From assembly GCA_032718475.1 (NCBI GenBank), contig JAUCBJ010006630.1, positions 1 to 64,000 on the forward strand: a DNA stretch of 64,000 nt, given 5' to 3'. This document shows positions 63,489 through 64,000 of the stretch, piece by piece. The position numbers and the translations under genes are program-made. Within the stretch, counting starts at the first letter, position 1. Each line of letters begins with the position of its first letter. Under the pieces are notes generated by a model. That model ran no database searches and was not told the origin of the DNA. It saw only the letters and a program-made list of their open reading frames with translations. This DNA comes from Nemertoderma westbladi. Taxonomy: Eukaryota > Animalia > Xenacoelomorpha.

Positions 63489-64000
63489 GTGGGTTCTGTA
63501 CTACCTGAATCAGCACTAGCTAGTTGCCTTCTCACAGTTGGGGGCAAATTAGGCAATTTCTGATGGTGGGGCGTTCTTCTACGTTCGCTGGGACGAAATC
63601 TATTTTCTCCGCCTTCAGGATCTGTTGTATCGCCCTTATCAGATGATGTAAATCCCTGTCTCTTGGGAGTAGATTGACTCATCATCTGCATCTGACTAGC
63701 TGTTCTCTGCTTATTCATGTAGTCTTGCTTCTCTTGAAGATTTTCCAACTCTAGTTGGGTTGTCTCTTCAGATGCCCTCCGTTCTGCTTCTGCCACTGCC
63801 TCTGCCGCTTTTCTTTCCGCTTCTGCTGCTGCTACTTTTCTTGCCACTTCTGCCTCTGCCGCTGCCGCTTTTCTTTCCGCTTCTACTGCTGCATCTGCCG
63901 CTTTTCTTTCAGCCTCTGCCGCTGCCGCTGCCGCTGCCGCTGCAGCTGCCGCCTTTCTTTCCGCTTCTGCCGCTGCCGCTGCTGCTGCCTTTCGGTTTTC
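63482..64000 (-). pseudogene. E3 gag N-terminal Ala/Glu repeat region
   Basis: AAAEAERKAA repeats ending in GSTEPT, then fused directly to mid-protease sequence. Confidence 0.75.

Larger units (their letters stand above)
53328..64000 (-). mobile_element. BEL/Pao LTR retrotransposon E3 (relative of E2); 5' part outside the window; most of gag and the protease active site deleted
   Basis: LTR 53328-54519 (TG...CA) similar to the E2 LTR; PPT-like GGGAGTGG; pol domains present. Confidence 0.92.

Overview
Eukaryotic, probably invertebrate, AT-rich genomic DNA made up almost entirely of nested transposable elements around one intact host leucine-rich-repeat exon (33533-34278, minus strand). Contents: a 5'-truncated Penelope-like element carrying a minimal hammerhead ribozyme; three large BEL/Pao LTR retrotransposons (E1 on +, 6625-26490; E2 on -, 41121-52816; E3 on -, 53328 to the window end); a pol-less LTR element (G, 26547-33017); a solo LTR; RTE-like and other LINE fragments; nested TTAA-specific (piggyBac-like) non-autonomous elements; and several tandem repeats. 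Two observations stand out. (1) All three LTR elements whose 5' LTR/internal junction is visible lack a tRNA-type TGG primer-binding site. Each instead has an 11-12 nt sequence starting at the first base after the LTR that is complementary to a sequence inside its own LTR, which suggests tRNA-independent self-priming, including in BEL/Pao elements. (2) The three BEL/Pao elements share a set of non-env accessory ORFs with Cys/His motifs between pol and the 3' LTR. All alignments were done by eye; nothing was searched against databases.
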